From positions 480,001 through 544,000 of the forward strand of contig OZ244650.1 in the NCBI GenBank assembly GCA_965218785.1: a DNA stretch of 64,000 nt. Reading direction: 5' to 3'. Made by a program: the position numbers and the translations under genes. Source of the stretch: Nitrosopumilus sp. (GTDB lineage: Archaea > Thermoproteota > Nitrososphaeria > Nitrososphaerales > Nitrosopumilaceae). Below, piece after piece: positions 51,032-59,800 of this stretch. Below the pieces are notes generated by a model. It worked only from the letters and a program-made list of their open reading frames with translations. It was not told the DNA's origin and searched no databases. The stretch's first letter is position 1, and the number at the start of each line of letters is the position of its first letter.

Positions 51032-51519
51032 AGGGCAACATCATAAAATACGCACAAGACGATATTGACACGGATGTGATTATTCCAGGCCAATATCTCA
51101 AAGTGCATGATTATGCCGAGCTTGCCACACATGCAATGGAGGGACTGGATCCTGATTTTCATTCAAAGGTAAAAGACGGTGACTTTATCCTGTCTGGCAG
51201 AAATTTTGGATGCGGTTCATCACGTGAACATGCGCCTATTGCCCTGTCCCACTCTGGGGTAAAGGCAGTTCTCGCGTTATCTTTTGCAAGAATTTTTTAT
51301 CGCAACTCAGTTGACGGTGCATTCTTGCTGCCAATTGAAATCGACAAAGACGCATATGATGGTATTTCAGAAGGTGACGAAATCGATATAGATATCTCTT
51401 CTAATCAAATCAAAAACATCACCAAAAATCAAACATACAAAATGAAGCCGTTTTCAGAAATTATCGGAAAGATAATTGCCGCAGGCGGTCTCTTCAAGTA
51501 TAAACCAGACCTGGATTAA
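51028..51519 (+). CDS. Archaeal-type isopropylmalate/homoaconitate hydratase small subunit
   Basis: [30 protein letters not shown]. Confidence 0.92.
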   Translation: MKGNIIKYAQDDIDTDVIIPGQYLKVHDYAELATHAMEGLDPDFHSKVKDGDFILSGRNFGCGSSREHAPIALSHSGVKAVLALSFARIFYRNSVDGAFLLPIEIDKDAYDGISEGDEIDIDISSNQIKNITKNQTYKMKPFSEIIGKIIAAGGLFKYKPDLD

Positions 51520-51520
51520 A

Positions 51521-52933
51521 ATGGACCAGACTCTCTTTGAAAAAATTTGGAACTCACACACCGTTGTTGAAAAACAAAACAGACCCTCCCTAATCTATGT
51601 TGACAGACACCTGGTACACGAGGTGACGTCTCCGCAGGCCTTTGATGGATTGCGCATAAATAAGAGAAAGGTTCGTCGGCCTGATCTTACCATTGCTACA
51701 ATGGATCATAACGTTCCTACAAATGATCGTTCCCTCCCCATCCTGGATCAGACCTCGGCGATTCAAATCCAGACATTGGAAAAAAATTGTAAAGACTTTG
51801 GAATTAAATTATTTGATATCAACAGTCCCAACCAGGGAATCGTGCATGTGATTGGACCACAGTTGGGAATAACACTGCCTGGTTCTACGATTGTCTGCGG
51901 TGACAGTCATACCTCCACTCATGGGGCCTTTGGGGCACTGGCATTGGGAATTGGAACCAGTGATGTCGAGCATGTTTTGGCATCCCAGACTTTGTGGCTG
52001 GAAAAACCAAGTCCTTTTGAAATCAGAGTTGAGGGAAAACGGAAAAACACCCATGCAGTAACAGCCAAGGATATCATACTCTCCATAATCAAAAACATCG
52101 GGACCGGGGGAGGAACCGGCACTGTAATTGAATATTGCGGTGAGGGCATCACTGATCTTTCCATGGATCAACGAATGACCATCTGTAACATGTCCGTTGA
52201 AGCCGGGGCACGTGCCGGTCTGATTGCACCTGACGAGAAGACATTTGATTACCTCAGAGGTAGAAAATACACCCCGAAAAATTATGAATCCCTTGTTGAT
52301 TCTTGGAAAGAAAATTTAAAGACAGACAACGATGCAAAATTCGAAAAACAGTTCATACTGCATATAGACAATATCGCACCCCAGGTTAGCTGGGGAACAA
52401 ATCCCGGAATGACCTGTGATGTTACTGAATCCGTCCCCTCCCCTGATGAATTCTCCAAAGGCGATGTGAATCAAAAAAAGAGCGCCCAAAAGGCACTTGA
52501 CTATATGGATCTCAAAGCCGGAACCCCTATTGAGGATATCAGAATTGACAGGGTGTTTATTGGCTCGTGTACCAACGCCCGCTTGGATGATCTCATTGAG
52601 GCATCCAAAATAGTCCAAGGACGAAAAATTTCGCCAAATGTCAGGGCAATGGTCGTTCCCGGCTCTCAGATGGTAAAAAAACAGGCAGAAGACATTGGTC
52701 TTGATAAAATTTTCATCGATGCTGATTTTGAATGGCGGCAAGCCGGATGCAGCATGTGTCTTGGAATGAATCCCGACATCCTGGCCCCAGGCGAGAGATG
52801 TGCTAGTACCTCAAATAGAAATTTTGAAGGCAGGCAGGGAACCGGCGGAAGAACCCATCTGGTAAGTCCGGTTATGGCAGCAGCAGCTGCAATCAATGGA
52901 CATTTTGTGGATGTCCGGAGTTGGATGAGTTAA
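51521..52933 (+). CDS. leuC: 3-isopropylmalate dehydratase large subunit (bacterial-type)
   Basis: [33 protein letters not shown]. Confidence 0.95.
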   Translation: MDQTLFEKIWNSHTVVEKQNRPSLIYVDRHLVHEVTSPQAFDGLRINKRKVRRPDLTIATMDHNVPTNDRSLPILDQTSAIQIQTLEKNCKDFGIKLFDINSPNQGIVHVIGPQLGITLPGSTIVCGDSHTSTHGAFGALALGIGTSDVEHVLASQTLWLEKPSPFEIRVEGKRKNTHAVTAKDIILSIIKNIGTGGGTGTVIEYCGEGITDLSMDQRMTICNMSVEAGARAGLIAPDEKTFDYLRGRKYTPKNYESLVDSWKENLKTDNDAKFEKQFILHIDNIAPQVSWGTNPGMTCDVTESVPSPDEFSKGDVNQKKSAQKALDYMDLKAGTPIEDIRIDRVFIGSCTNARLDDLIEASKIVQGRKISPNVRAMVVPGSQMVKKQAEDIGLDKIFIDADFEWRQAGCSMCLGMNPDILAPGERCASTSNRNFEGRQGTGGRTHLVSPVMAAAAAINGHFVDVRSWMS

Positions 52934-52934
52934 A

Positions 52935-53519
52935 ATGGAGTCTTTTAAAAAAGTAAAGAGCATTGTGACTCCGCTTGACAAGATAAATGTGGACACTGAT
53001 CAGATTGTTCCAAAACAGTTCTTGAAACTGGTTCAAAAGTCCGGCTTTGGAAAATTTTTGTTCTATGATTGGCGATATGATCAAAAAGGAAACATGAAAC
53101 CTGATTTTGTTTTAAATAATTCTGCTTATGATGACTCTAAAATTCTTGTAGCCGGGGATAATTTTGGCTGCGGCTCAAGCCGTGAGCATGCAGTCTGGGC
53201 GCTTGATGACTATGGTTTTTCTGTCATCATTGCGCCTTCTTTTGCCGACATCTTCTTTAGCAACTGCCTTAAGAACGGGATATTGCCGATCTCATTGGAT
53301 GCAAAAACAGTTGAGACACTGCAGCAACAAACAGACCCAATTGAAGTAGACCTGGAAAAACAGACCATCAAAACTTCCTCGGCTGAAATACCATTTGAGA
53401 TAGACTCCTACAAGAAAAAAACCCTCCTAGAAGGGCTGGATGATATTGCACAAACCTTTCAATTTGAAGAGAAAATCTCTGAATTTGAAAAAGAGTCTAA
53501 AATCCCATCTGTTTTATGA
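52935..53519 (+). CDS. leuD: 3-isopropylmalate dehydratase small subunit (bacterial-type)
   Basis: NVDTDQIVPKQFLK, GSSREHA, GLDDI. Confidence 0.95.
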   Translation: MESFKKVKSIVTPLDKINVDTDQIVPKQFLKLVQKSGFGKFLFYDWRYDQKGNMKPDFVLNNSAYDDSKILVAGDNFGCGSSREHAVWALDDYGFSVIIAPSFADIFFSNCLKNGILPISLDAKTVETLQQQTDPIEVDLEKQTIKTSSAEIPFEIDSYKKKTLLEGLDDIAQTFQFEEKISEFEKESKIPSVL

Positions 53520-54216
53520 TTTTTTGTACGTCTTTTCTGTTTCTTTCTAAAACCATTGGTGATTCGGCATCAATCCATTGCCTGTCTCTGACATCAAATG
53601 CGCTGACCTTTCCCTCCTTTGATAACTGCTGCAAGATATCATATGATAAATTGATCGTTTTTTGCCTCCGTTTTGCTTTAATCCGTTCAATGACGTCTTT
53701 TCCAAGTATGTATACTCCGAGACATTCTGATAACTGTAACTTTATGACCGGTTTTTCCTTAAATTCAGTCACAATTCCATCTTCCACAACTGCAAATCCC
53801 GTCTCCTCCCTTCTCTTTGTCCTGGTGGCAATGCATGCCGAACTGTTCTTTTCTCTGAAAACATCACTCATTTTTTTCAGATCTACTGCGCACAAGTTAT
53901 CTGCAAACCACAACAGGAATTCTGATTCCGTTTTGAGTTTTTCTTCAAGATGTAGCAGATCCCCACCCGTGCCGCTCTGTGAATCCTGAACAAAACTGAT
54001 ATTTCTCTGATCCCCGTAGTAATTTCTGATCTGGCCTCCAAGCCCGTCAAAGTCTGAAACTATGATGATCTCTTTTATAAAATTAAATGATTTCAGATAT
54101 CTTACAATATAATCAATTAACGGCTTGCCGTCAATTGGGGTCATTGCCTTTGGAAAATACTCTGTATATGGTCTGCCCCTTGTTCCCTTGCCGCCTGCTA
54201 AAATCACACCTTTCAA
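53497..54216 (-). CDS. Sugar-phosphate nucleotidyltransferase family protein
   Basis: ILAGGKGTR..P.T...PK, FKEKP. Confidence 0.9.
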   Translation of the reverse strand: MKGVILAGGKGTRGRPYTEYFPKAMTPIDGKPLIDYIVRYLKSFNFIKEIIIVSDFDGLGGQIRNYYGDQRNISFVQDSQSGTGGDLLHLEEKLKTESEFLLWFADNLCAVDLKKMSDVFREKNSSACIATRTKRREETGFAVVEDGIVTEFKEKPVIKLQLSECLGVYILGKDVIERIKAKRRQKTINLSYDILQQLSKEGKVSAFDVRDRQWIDAESPMVLERNRKDVQKIIKQMGF

Positions 54217-54218
54217 AT

Positions 54219-54668
54219 CTAACGGTATGATTTCTGTTTTCTTCTTCTTGCACCAGGACCGCCAAATTTCTTTGGCTCTTTTCGTCTGGCATCCCCGCTA
54301 ATCAGATATTTGTCAAATTCCGTAATTCGCTTTCGCAGGTCTTCCCTGGTTGATTTTGGGAACGGATGATCCTTTGGCTCCTTTTTGGATTTTGTCCATC
54401 CCGTAAGCGCCCTTGAGATTCCTGTTGCAGCGGCGCTGGCCTGTCCCATAAAACCTCCGCCTCTTACCCTGACTGAAATATCTATCTTCTCTCTGAGGTC
54501 TCCTGTAATTTCCAATGGTGCAAAAATTACCTCTCGGGCAGTCTCCTGTGGGATCATTTCAACTGGAATATTGTTGATTCTGACTTTGCCCTGTCCTTTT
54601 GTAATGTAAACATGTGCGCTGGCTGTTTTTCTAGTTGCAAAATAAATTTCAGTCTTTGGAGTTGTCAT
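54219..54668 (-). CDS. rps9: 30S ribosomal protein S9
   Basis: GGGFMGQ, KKFGGPGARRRKQKSYR. Confidence 0.98.
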   Translation of the reverse strand: MTTPKTEIYFATRKTASAHVYITKGQGKVRINNIPVEMIPQETAREVIFAPLEITGDLREKIDISVRVRGGGFMGQASAAATGISRALTGWTKSKKEPKDHPFPKSTREDLRKRITEFDKYLISGDARRKEPKKFGGPGARRRKQKSYR

Positions 54669-55129
54669 TCAGTCCACCCTATTACCCTGCCTAGCTCTCC
54701 CATCGTGGTATAGTTTGATGCCGATCTTTTAATTTTTGCTTTTTCAAATTGAATTTTTTCAAATGGTTTTAGTTCCTTTGGCGAGCCAATGTATGCCCGA
54801 AGTCTCTTGTGTGCCGTAATGCCTGATGGTTTCTTTTCAAAAGGCAGCATTCCACGAATCATTTTTGTAATCATCGTATCTGGCCTTCTGTAGTGGACTG
54901 GTCCGTGCTTTGGATGAATAATGCTGTTGATCTCTAAAAATTCCTTGTATTCCTGGATGATGTTTGCCCTGGTTCCACTTAGCATGATTTTCTCACAATT
55001 TACAAGTGAGACCCTGTTTCCCTTTAGCAATAATTTTGCAACATGTGATGATAACCTGCCGGCAATATGATCCGTCGTATCTACGACAATCGGCCTGTCT
55101 GTTCTTACAACAGTCTCTTGTTCAGCCAA
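54665..55129 (-). CDS. rpl13: 50S ribosomal protein L13
   Basis: GRLSS.VAK.LL.G, IRGMLP. Confidence 0.97.
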   Translation of the reverse strand: MAEQETVVRTDRPIVVDTTDHIAGRLSSHVAKLLLKGNRVSLVNCEKIMLSGTRANIIQEYKEFLEINSIIHPKHGPVHYRRPDTMITKMIRGMLPFEKKPSGITAHKRLRAYIGSPKELKPFEKIQFEKAKIKRSASNYTTMGELGRVIGWTE

Positions 55130-55469
55130 GTAAAACGACTCCTTTTCCTGTGGGATTTTGTTTGATTAATTCCGAATAGCTGATAAGACTGCCGCCGTTA
55201 TCTATGATTTTATCTGCTGCCGAGTTTGAGATTGAAAATGAACACAATGTGATTTTATGAGAAACACTGCCTGTTCCAAGAACCTTTCCCGGAAAGACTA
55301 CCGTATCGTTTTCCTTTGTCAACTGATTAATCCGATTCAAATTGATGTCCCGTCTTGCAATGGATGGCTTTAGCGCGTATTTTGCCAACCTTGCCCAGAT
55401 TGGGGCGTCGTTTTTGATTGAAGCCTTTTTTAGATCCCTGGCCATGCGTATAACCACCTGATTAGTCAT
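55122..55469 (-). CDS. rpl18e: 50S ribosomal protein L18e
   Basis: APIW, PGKVLGTG; synteny. Confidence 0.96.
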   Translation of the reverse strand: MTNQVVIRMARDLKKASIKNDAPIWARLAKYALKPSIARRDINLNRINQLTKENDTVVFPGKVLGTGSVSHKITLCSFSISNSAADKIIDNGGSLISYSELIKQNPTGKGVVLLG

Positions 55470-55517
55470 GTGAATATTGCGGTTTAAAACCCAAATATAA
55501 TGTGTATGCTTTGATTA

Positions 55518-56153
55518 TCACTCGATTTTGCTGATCATGTCTTTGAATTGACCCAATCTGCTGCTTACTTCATCGACTCCTGCAAGAATAACCTGTTCCG
55601 GACTGAGAGCACCTGTTGATTCCACGGTGAGAACCCTTTCGTTTTTCTTGTCTGTTTCAGTAAGTGTTGCTATGTTTGCAGAATTCCATTTGGCATGCTG
55701 TGTCCCACGTCCAAGTTTTGCGTAACACTCTACCTTGACTCTCTGACCTGGAGCCAATTCAACTAGTGCGATTTTATCTGAGGTCGGTCTTATCGAGTCG
55801 TCCTCGGAGGATAATTCATCTGAAAAAACGACTCTTGTTTCATCTGATTCCCCAGAATCCAAAACCAGCATGACTTTGCAGTTTGAACAGCCTGCCTGGC
55901 TTTGGCATTCACATTTGACTGGCTCGTTAAATCTGACCAGATCCGTTTTTAATGGAATCAATCCCAGTCTGTGTGCCAGTCCCTCATCAGGCACTACTGA
56001 AGAATTTTCTATAACATCTACCGTATCGATTGCAAAAACCGGCACGCCGTTTAGACATATGCGTCTAAGTGCGTTTGCATACTGTAAGGGAACATTTTTC
56101 AGCTTTATGGACATTTTCTGATTATCCTTACTAATTACTTCTAAAGATGACAA
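55518..56153 (-). CDS. rpoD: RNA polymerase subunit D (Rpo3)
   Basis: ANALRR, NSSV..DE.LAHRLGLIPL, HAKW; start TTG 56153 or ATG 56180. Confidence 0.96.
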   Translation of the reverse strand: MSSLEVISKDNQKMSIKLKNVPLQYANALRRICLNGVPVFAIDTVDVIENSSVVPDEGLAHRLGLIPLKTDLVRFNEPVKCECQSQAGCSNCKVMLVLDSGESDETRVVFSDELSSEDDSIRPTSDKIALVELAPGQRVKVECYAKLGRGTQHAKWNSANIATLTETDKKNERVLTVESTGALSPEQVILAGVDEVSSRLGQFKDMISKIE

Positions 56154-56189
56154 ATCTTGAACAAAATCCTCAATGTCCACATAAAAATC

Positions 56190-56408
56190 TAGCTAGTTTA
56201 CTGCATCTGGAATGGAACCTACCAACAATTTGGCAGAGCGCATGCCAAGACCTGTGGTAATTGTAAGAAAGGTGCGCAACGATCTGATGACTGCCGGTGG
56301 AATGAAGATGTCTGGGATACTGATGACGTGTATTCTGATATGGTGCAGAAGAGGGCTAAATATGACAGAAAAACTGCTTGAGATACTAGGGTCGACTTGA
56401 CCTGTTAC
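56190..56408 (+). mobile_element. IS66-family transposase 3' remnant with probable right end (...CCTGTTAC)
   Basis: EPTNNLAER..R..V..RK...G....LMT....W.RRGLN is the IS66 TnpC C-terminal signature; TTAC at 56405-56408 just after the stop. Confidence 0.8.
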
Positions 56409-56868
56409 CTTTGGAGTTGGGTCAATTAACCATAAACCCTATTATTTAATTTTCATCCAATTCATCTACAATTCCATGGTCTAGCTTAGATTTAGTAGTA
56501 TTACTAATTCTTGTACCAGAATGTAGTAAATAAGAAGAAACATCTTCCTTACATCCATACAATGCTTTTATTCGTTTTTTTGTTCCTCATCCATTGTTAA
56601 TTATCTCCAATATCTCATCCTTTTATCACATTAAAATCAGCCTCAAAAAAGAGTATAATTGTAAGTACAATAGGAATAAAATATAGCCAAAGGCAGGCAT
56701 GCCTAATCTCTACATTGGAAACAAACCTTGGAATAAACATGCTTGAAGAAACAACAAACAAAGTTATCTCAATTTTGCGTTCCAGTAAACTTTCAGACAA
56801 TGCTCATACCTGAAGCATGTTAAATTAATTTTGAAGGTATCAAAGTTAATTTTTTGCCTTGTTTTGTA

Positions 56869-57657
56869 TTATTCAAATCTATTAATCCATCTTTGAATGA
56901 TCTCCCTTGATTCCTCTGGTAATTCTCCTTTAACTATTACTGGAAATTCAAATCTTTTTTGTAATTCCAACACTTGATTCTCTTGTCCAAAAGGATAGAT
57001 TTGCTGTTTAAATTGCCATAACAACCCCCCCTCTTTTTGAATTATATCCCGGTGAATCTCTTGCCATCTGCATGCAAATATTGGGTATATTCCCAACATT
57101 TTACACATTTCTAATTTTGTAACAATTTCTGATTTTGGTGTTTGACTTAGCATATTTTTTATTTCTACCCCTACTGTAATTTTTTTTATTTTATGTTCTG
57201 CAATAATATCTAACGTATGTCTAGTTCTGAACCACTCTTTTCCCCTATGTGATCTAACTTGTTTCTCTTTTAGTATCTCAAACCCATTTGCGCGTAATTC
57301 ATTTTTAACAAGATAATGAAGGTGCTCTCCTACCATCTTAGATGTCTTAACATCCGAATATCTGGAAATCCAATATCCCATATTTTCTATTTTTTTTACC
57401 ATGTTTTTTTCAATAAATTTGATTGGTAGTTTGGATGGAAAATAGAATTTTGCAGTGCCTACATCCCTAATATCATATTTTAGTGATTGAAGAATTCTTG
57501 ATTCCTCCAAATTATTTAACGCGTTTTTTACCTGACTTGCCGAATATCTTGTTTCTAGCATTATCTGTATGGTTGATTCATGTCTTGGTGTTTTTTTTGG
57601 ACGGTTTGAACTATCAAAAAAAAGTTCGATTATCCTTTTTTTTAACTCAACATCCAT
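56869..57657 (-). CDS. wHTH + PD-(D/E)xK (restriction-endonuclease-like) nuclease
   Basis: GEHLH..V...L...GF helix, LDII, VEIKN catalytic motifs; N-terminal SASQVKNALNNLEE..IL...AKFY wHTH-like; start ATG 57657 or 57696. Confidence 0.75.
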   Translation of the reverse strand: MDVELKKRIIELFFDSSNRPKKTPRHESTIQIMLETRYSASQVKNALNNLEESRILQSLKYDIRDVGTAKFYFPSKLPIKFIEKNMVKKIENMGYWISRYSDVKTSKMVGEHLHYLVKNELRANGFEILKEKQVRSHRGKEWFRTRHTLDIIAEHKIKKITVGVEIKNMLSQTPKSEIVTKLEMCKMLGIYPIFACRWQEIHRDIIQKEGGLLWQFKQQIYPFGQENQVLELQKRFEFPVIVKGELPEESREIIQRWINRFE

Positions 57658-57772
57658 GCTTTTTTTGCGTAAAACATGAATTTGTATTTTACGCATTTTA
57701 ATTGCTTATTTTATGCCTATTTTTCTAATTATTTAAATGAGCCAGATTCTATAATTCTGCTTAGATATTATA

Positions 57773-57889
57773 GTCAAGATCTTACAATGCTAATCCATGA
57801 TTAATTTAGCACATAACTTTTGTCAAATTTTATAATGTAAGTATTATATTTGCTAAAATATGCTAAAAATAGCACCATAAGATCTTGAC
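57773..57889. promoter_or_regulatory. Symmetric divergent promoter/operator: 44-bp imperfect inverted repeat with two TGCTA-N14-TAGCA boxes around a central TTTTATAAT
   Basis: GTCAAGATCTTA (57773-57784) / TAAGATCTTGAC (57878-57889) perfect; TGCTA-N14-TAGCA at 57788-57811 and 57851-57874. Confidence 0.7.
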
Positions 57890-59800
57890 ATGACAGAAAA
57901 AACAACTGTGGATATCACACCTGATAAAAGCCTAATTCAGAAACTAGGCCTTACTGGATACAGAACTGCAGAAGCTATCTCTGAATTATTGGATAATTCA
58001 ATAGATGCAAGAATTTCAGGCCAAACTCAACGAATAGATGTCGTTTTAGATTATAGCAGAAAAGTCATATCGATATCTGACGGTGGTCTTGGAATGAATC
58101 TTGAAGAATTAAAAAATGGATTAACCATAGCGAAAGGTACAAAATTTGAAAAAGGGAAACTAGGTAAATTTGGATTGGGAATGAAAAGTGCCTGTTCTAC
58201 TTTGGGAAAGGAATTTACAATTACCACATCAAAACCTGATTCGAATTTGGAATTTTTTATACATTATGATGAGAAAAAATGGCTTGATGATTCATCAAGT
58301 ACTTGGCAAAATTTTGAAATTGAAACCAGTAAAAAAACACGTCCAGGGCATGGTACAACAATTAGAATTAGAAAACTAAATGTCCCATTATACCCAAATC
58401 AGTCATCTACATTAAGAAAAAATTTTGGAATACGATATGAACCATACATAAAATCTAATCAAATTTCTTTGTATATTAATTCAAGAGAATGTAAAGCACT
58501 AGAAATTTTAATCCAACCCGAAAGTAAACAGGAATTAGAGATAGAACTAGAGAATAATAATTATCTGAGAGGGTATATAGGATTGTTAGAGAAACGTTCC
58601 ATAAGAGGTGATTATGGAATTCATTTATACAAAAATGATAGGTTAATCAAGGCTTTTGACAAATTTGGCATACGTAGTCATCCTGAAGTTGCTAAAATAA
58701 TGGGTGAACTTCATCTTGATCATGTCCCAGTTAATTTCCATAAAACTGGTTTTATAGAGGAATCTTTAGAATACAGAGAAGCATTACATGTATTCAAAAC
58801 AGATCCTAAAGTTGTTAAGGCATTACGTAGTTCAATCAGTAAGGCCCCCCCTGCAACCTCTATCCAATCAGTCTTAAATTATTTTGTTAATGACAAAACA
58901 AAAGGAAAAATAAAAACCAGAATGAGCAATACCAACTCCAAAATTTTACTCAGCAAGGCAGATTCTTATGATATTCAATATGGGACAAAAAAAATTGAAT
59001 TTGATTTTGAAAATGGGAATGATGGTGAATTATATCGTATTGAAAGAATGCCTAATGGAGCAAAAATCAAAATCAACAGAAAAAGCCCAATTTTTACGAT
59101 AATTGGCAATCCCCTGTTCCTTATAGGCATGATAGAATTGGAGGTTAAAACCATAATAGATGATCCTGTAAAATACCGGGATTTTTTGAGAGAAAGAAAC
59201 GCCAATTGGAATAAATTCGTACAGGATTGGTCTGAAAAACAAGAAAAAATAACGAAAAAAAAGTCTCCTAAAGTAATTCCATTACTTAATTATTCACTAG
59301 TTGATGATTTGGGTGAACTACATGCATTTTTGAAGGAGACATTTGAATTTAATTTTCAATTTACGGCCCTTAGTACACTTGCACCATATTTACAAAATGC
59401 ATACAACAAAATGATCTATAATGTGGAGACTGTTAGAAACACCGGTCAGAATCTATATGATTTGTTAATTGATTATGGCGGTATGGAATTTACTGTTCTT
59501 CTAAATCCCAAAACTGAGGATATACAAAAAGCATTAGAATATTCTGAAAAAAAGAAGTTTATTGTAATTAGAGAATACTCTAACGTATCCAAAGATACGT
59601 GGGCTCCACCAGATAAAGCATGGTTGGATTTATTTGGAGAAATGAAACGTGGTTCATATTATATCAGGAGTGATGAATTGACAAATATTCTTGATAATTT
59701 ATTAGAAAAGCGTCTTACAAATCAAAATAGATTGGAAACTATAGCCAGACATAAAAATATGATAAATGAATTAAAGGTGTATTTGGGGAATACTGGATAA
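57890..59800 (+). CDS. MORC-type GHKL ATPase + S5 domain fused to a putative AbiEi-like antitoxin C-terminal domain
   Basis: AISELLDNSIDA, ISDGGLGM, GKFGLGMKSA, GTTIRI; GIHLYKNDRLI, GELHLD..PV..HKTGF; C-terminal FTALSTL...APPDKAWLDL...DEL..IL...LETIAR. Confidence 0.8.
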   Translation: MTEKTTVDITPDKSLIQKLGLTGYRTAEAISELLDNSIDARISGQTQRIDVVLDYSRKVISISDGGLGMNLEELKNGLTIAKGTKFEKGKLGKFGLGMKSACSTLGKEFTITTSKPDSNLEFFIHYDEKKWLDDSSSTWQNFEIETSKKTRPGHGTTIRIRKLNVPLYPNQSSTLRKNFGIRYEPYIKSNQISLYINSRECKALEILIQPESKQELEIELENNNYLRGYIGLLEKRSIRGDYGIHLYKNDRLIKAFDKFGIRSHPEVAKIMGELHLDHVPVNFHKTGFIEESLEYREALHVFKTDPKVVKALRSSISKAPPATSIQSVLNYFVNDKTKGKIKTRMSNTNSKILLSKADSYDIQYGTKKIEFDFENGNDGELYRIERMPNGAKIKINRKSPIFTIIGNPLFLIGMIELEVKTIIDDPVKYRDFLRERNANWNKFVQDWSEKQEKITKKKSPKVIPLLNYSLVDDLGELHAFLKETFEFNFQFTALSTLAPYLQNAYNKMIYNVETVRNTGQNLYDLLIDYGGMEFTVLLNPKTEDIQKALEYSEKKKFIVIREYSNVSKDTWAPPDKAWLDLFGEMKRGSYYIRSDELTNILDNLLEKRLTNQNRLETIARHKNMINELKVYLGNTG

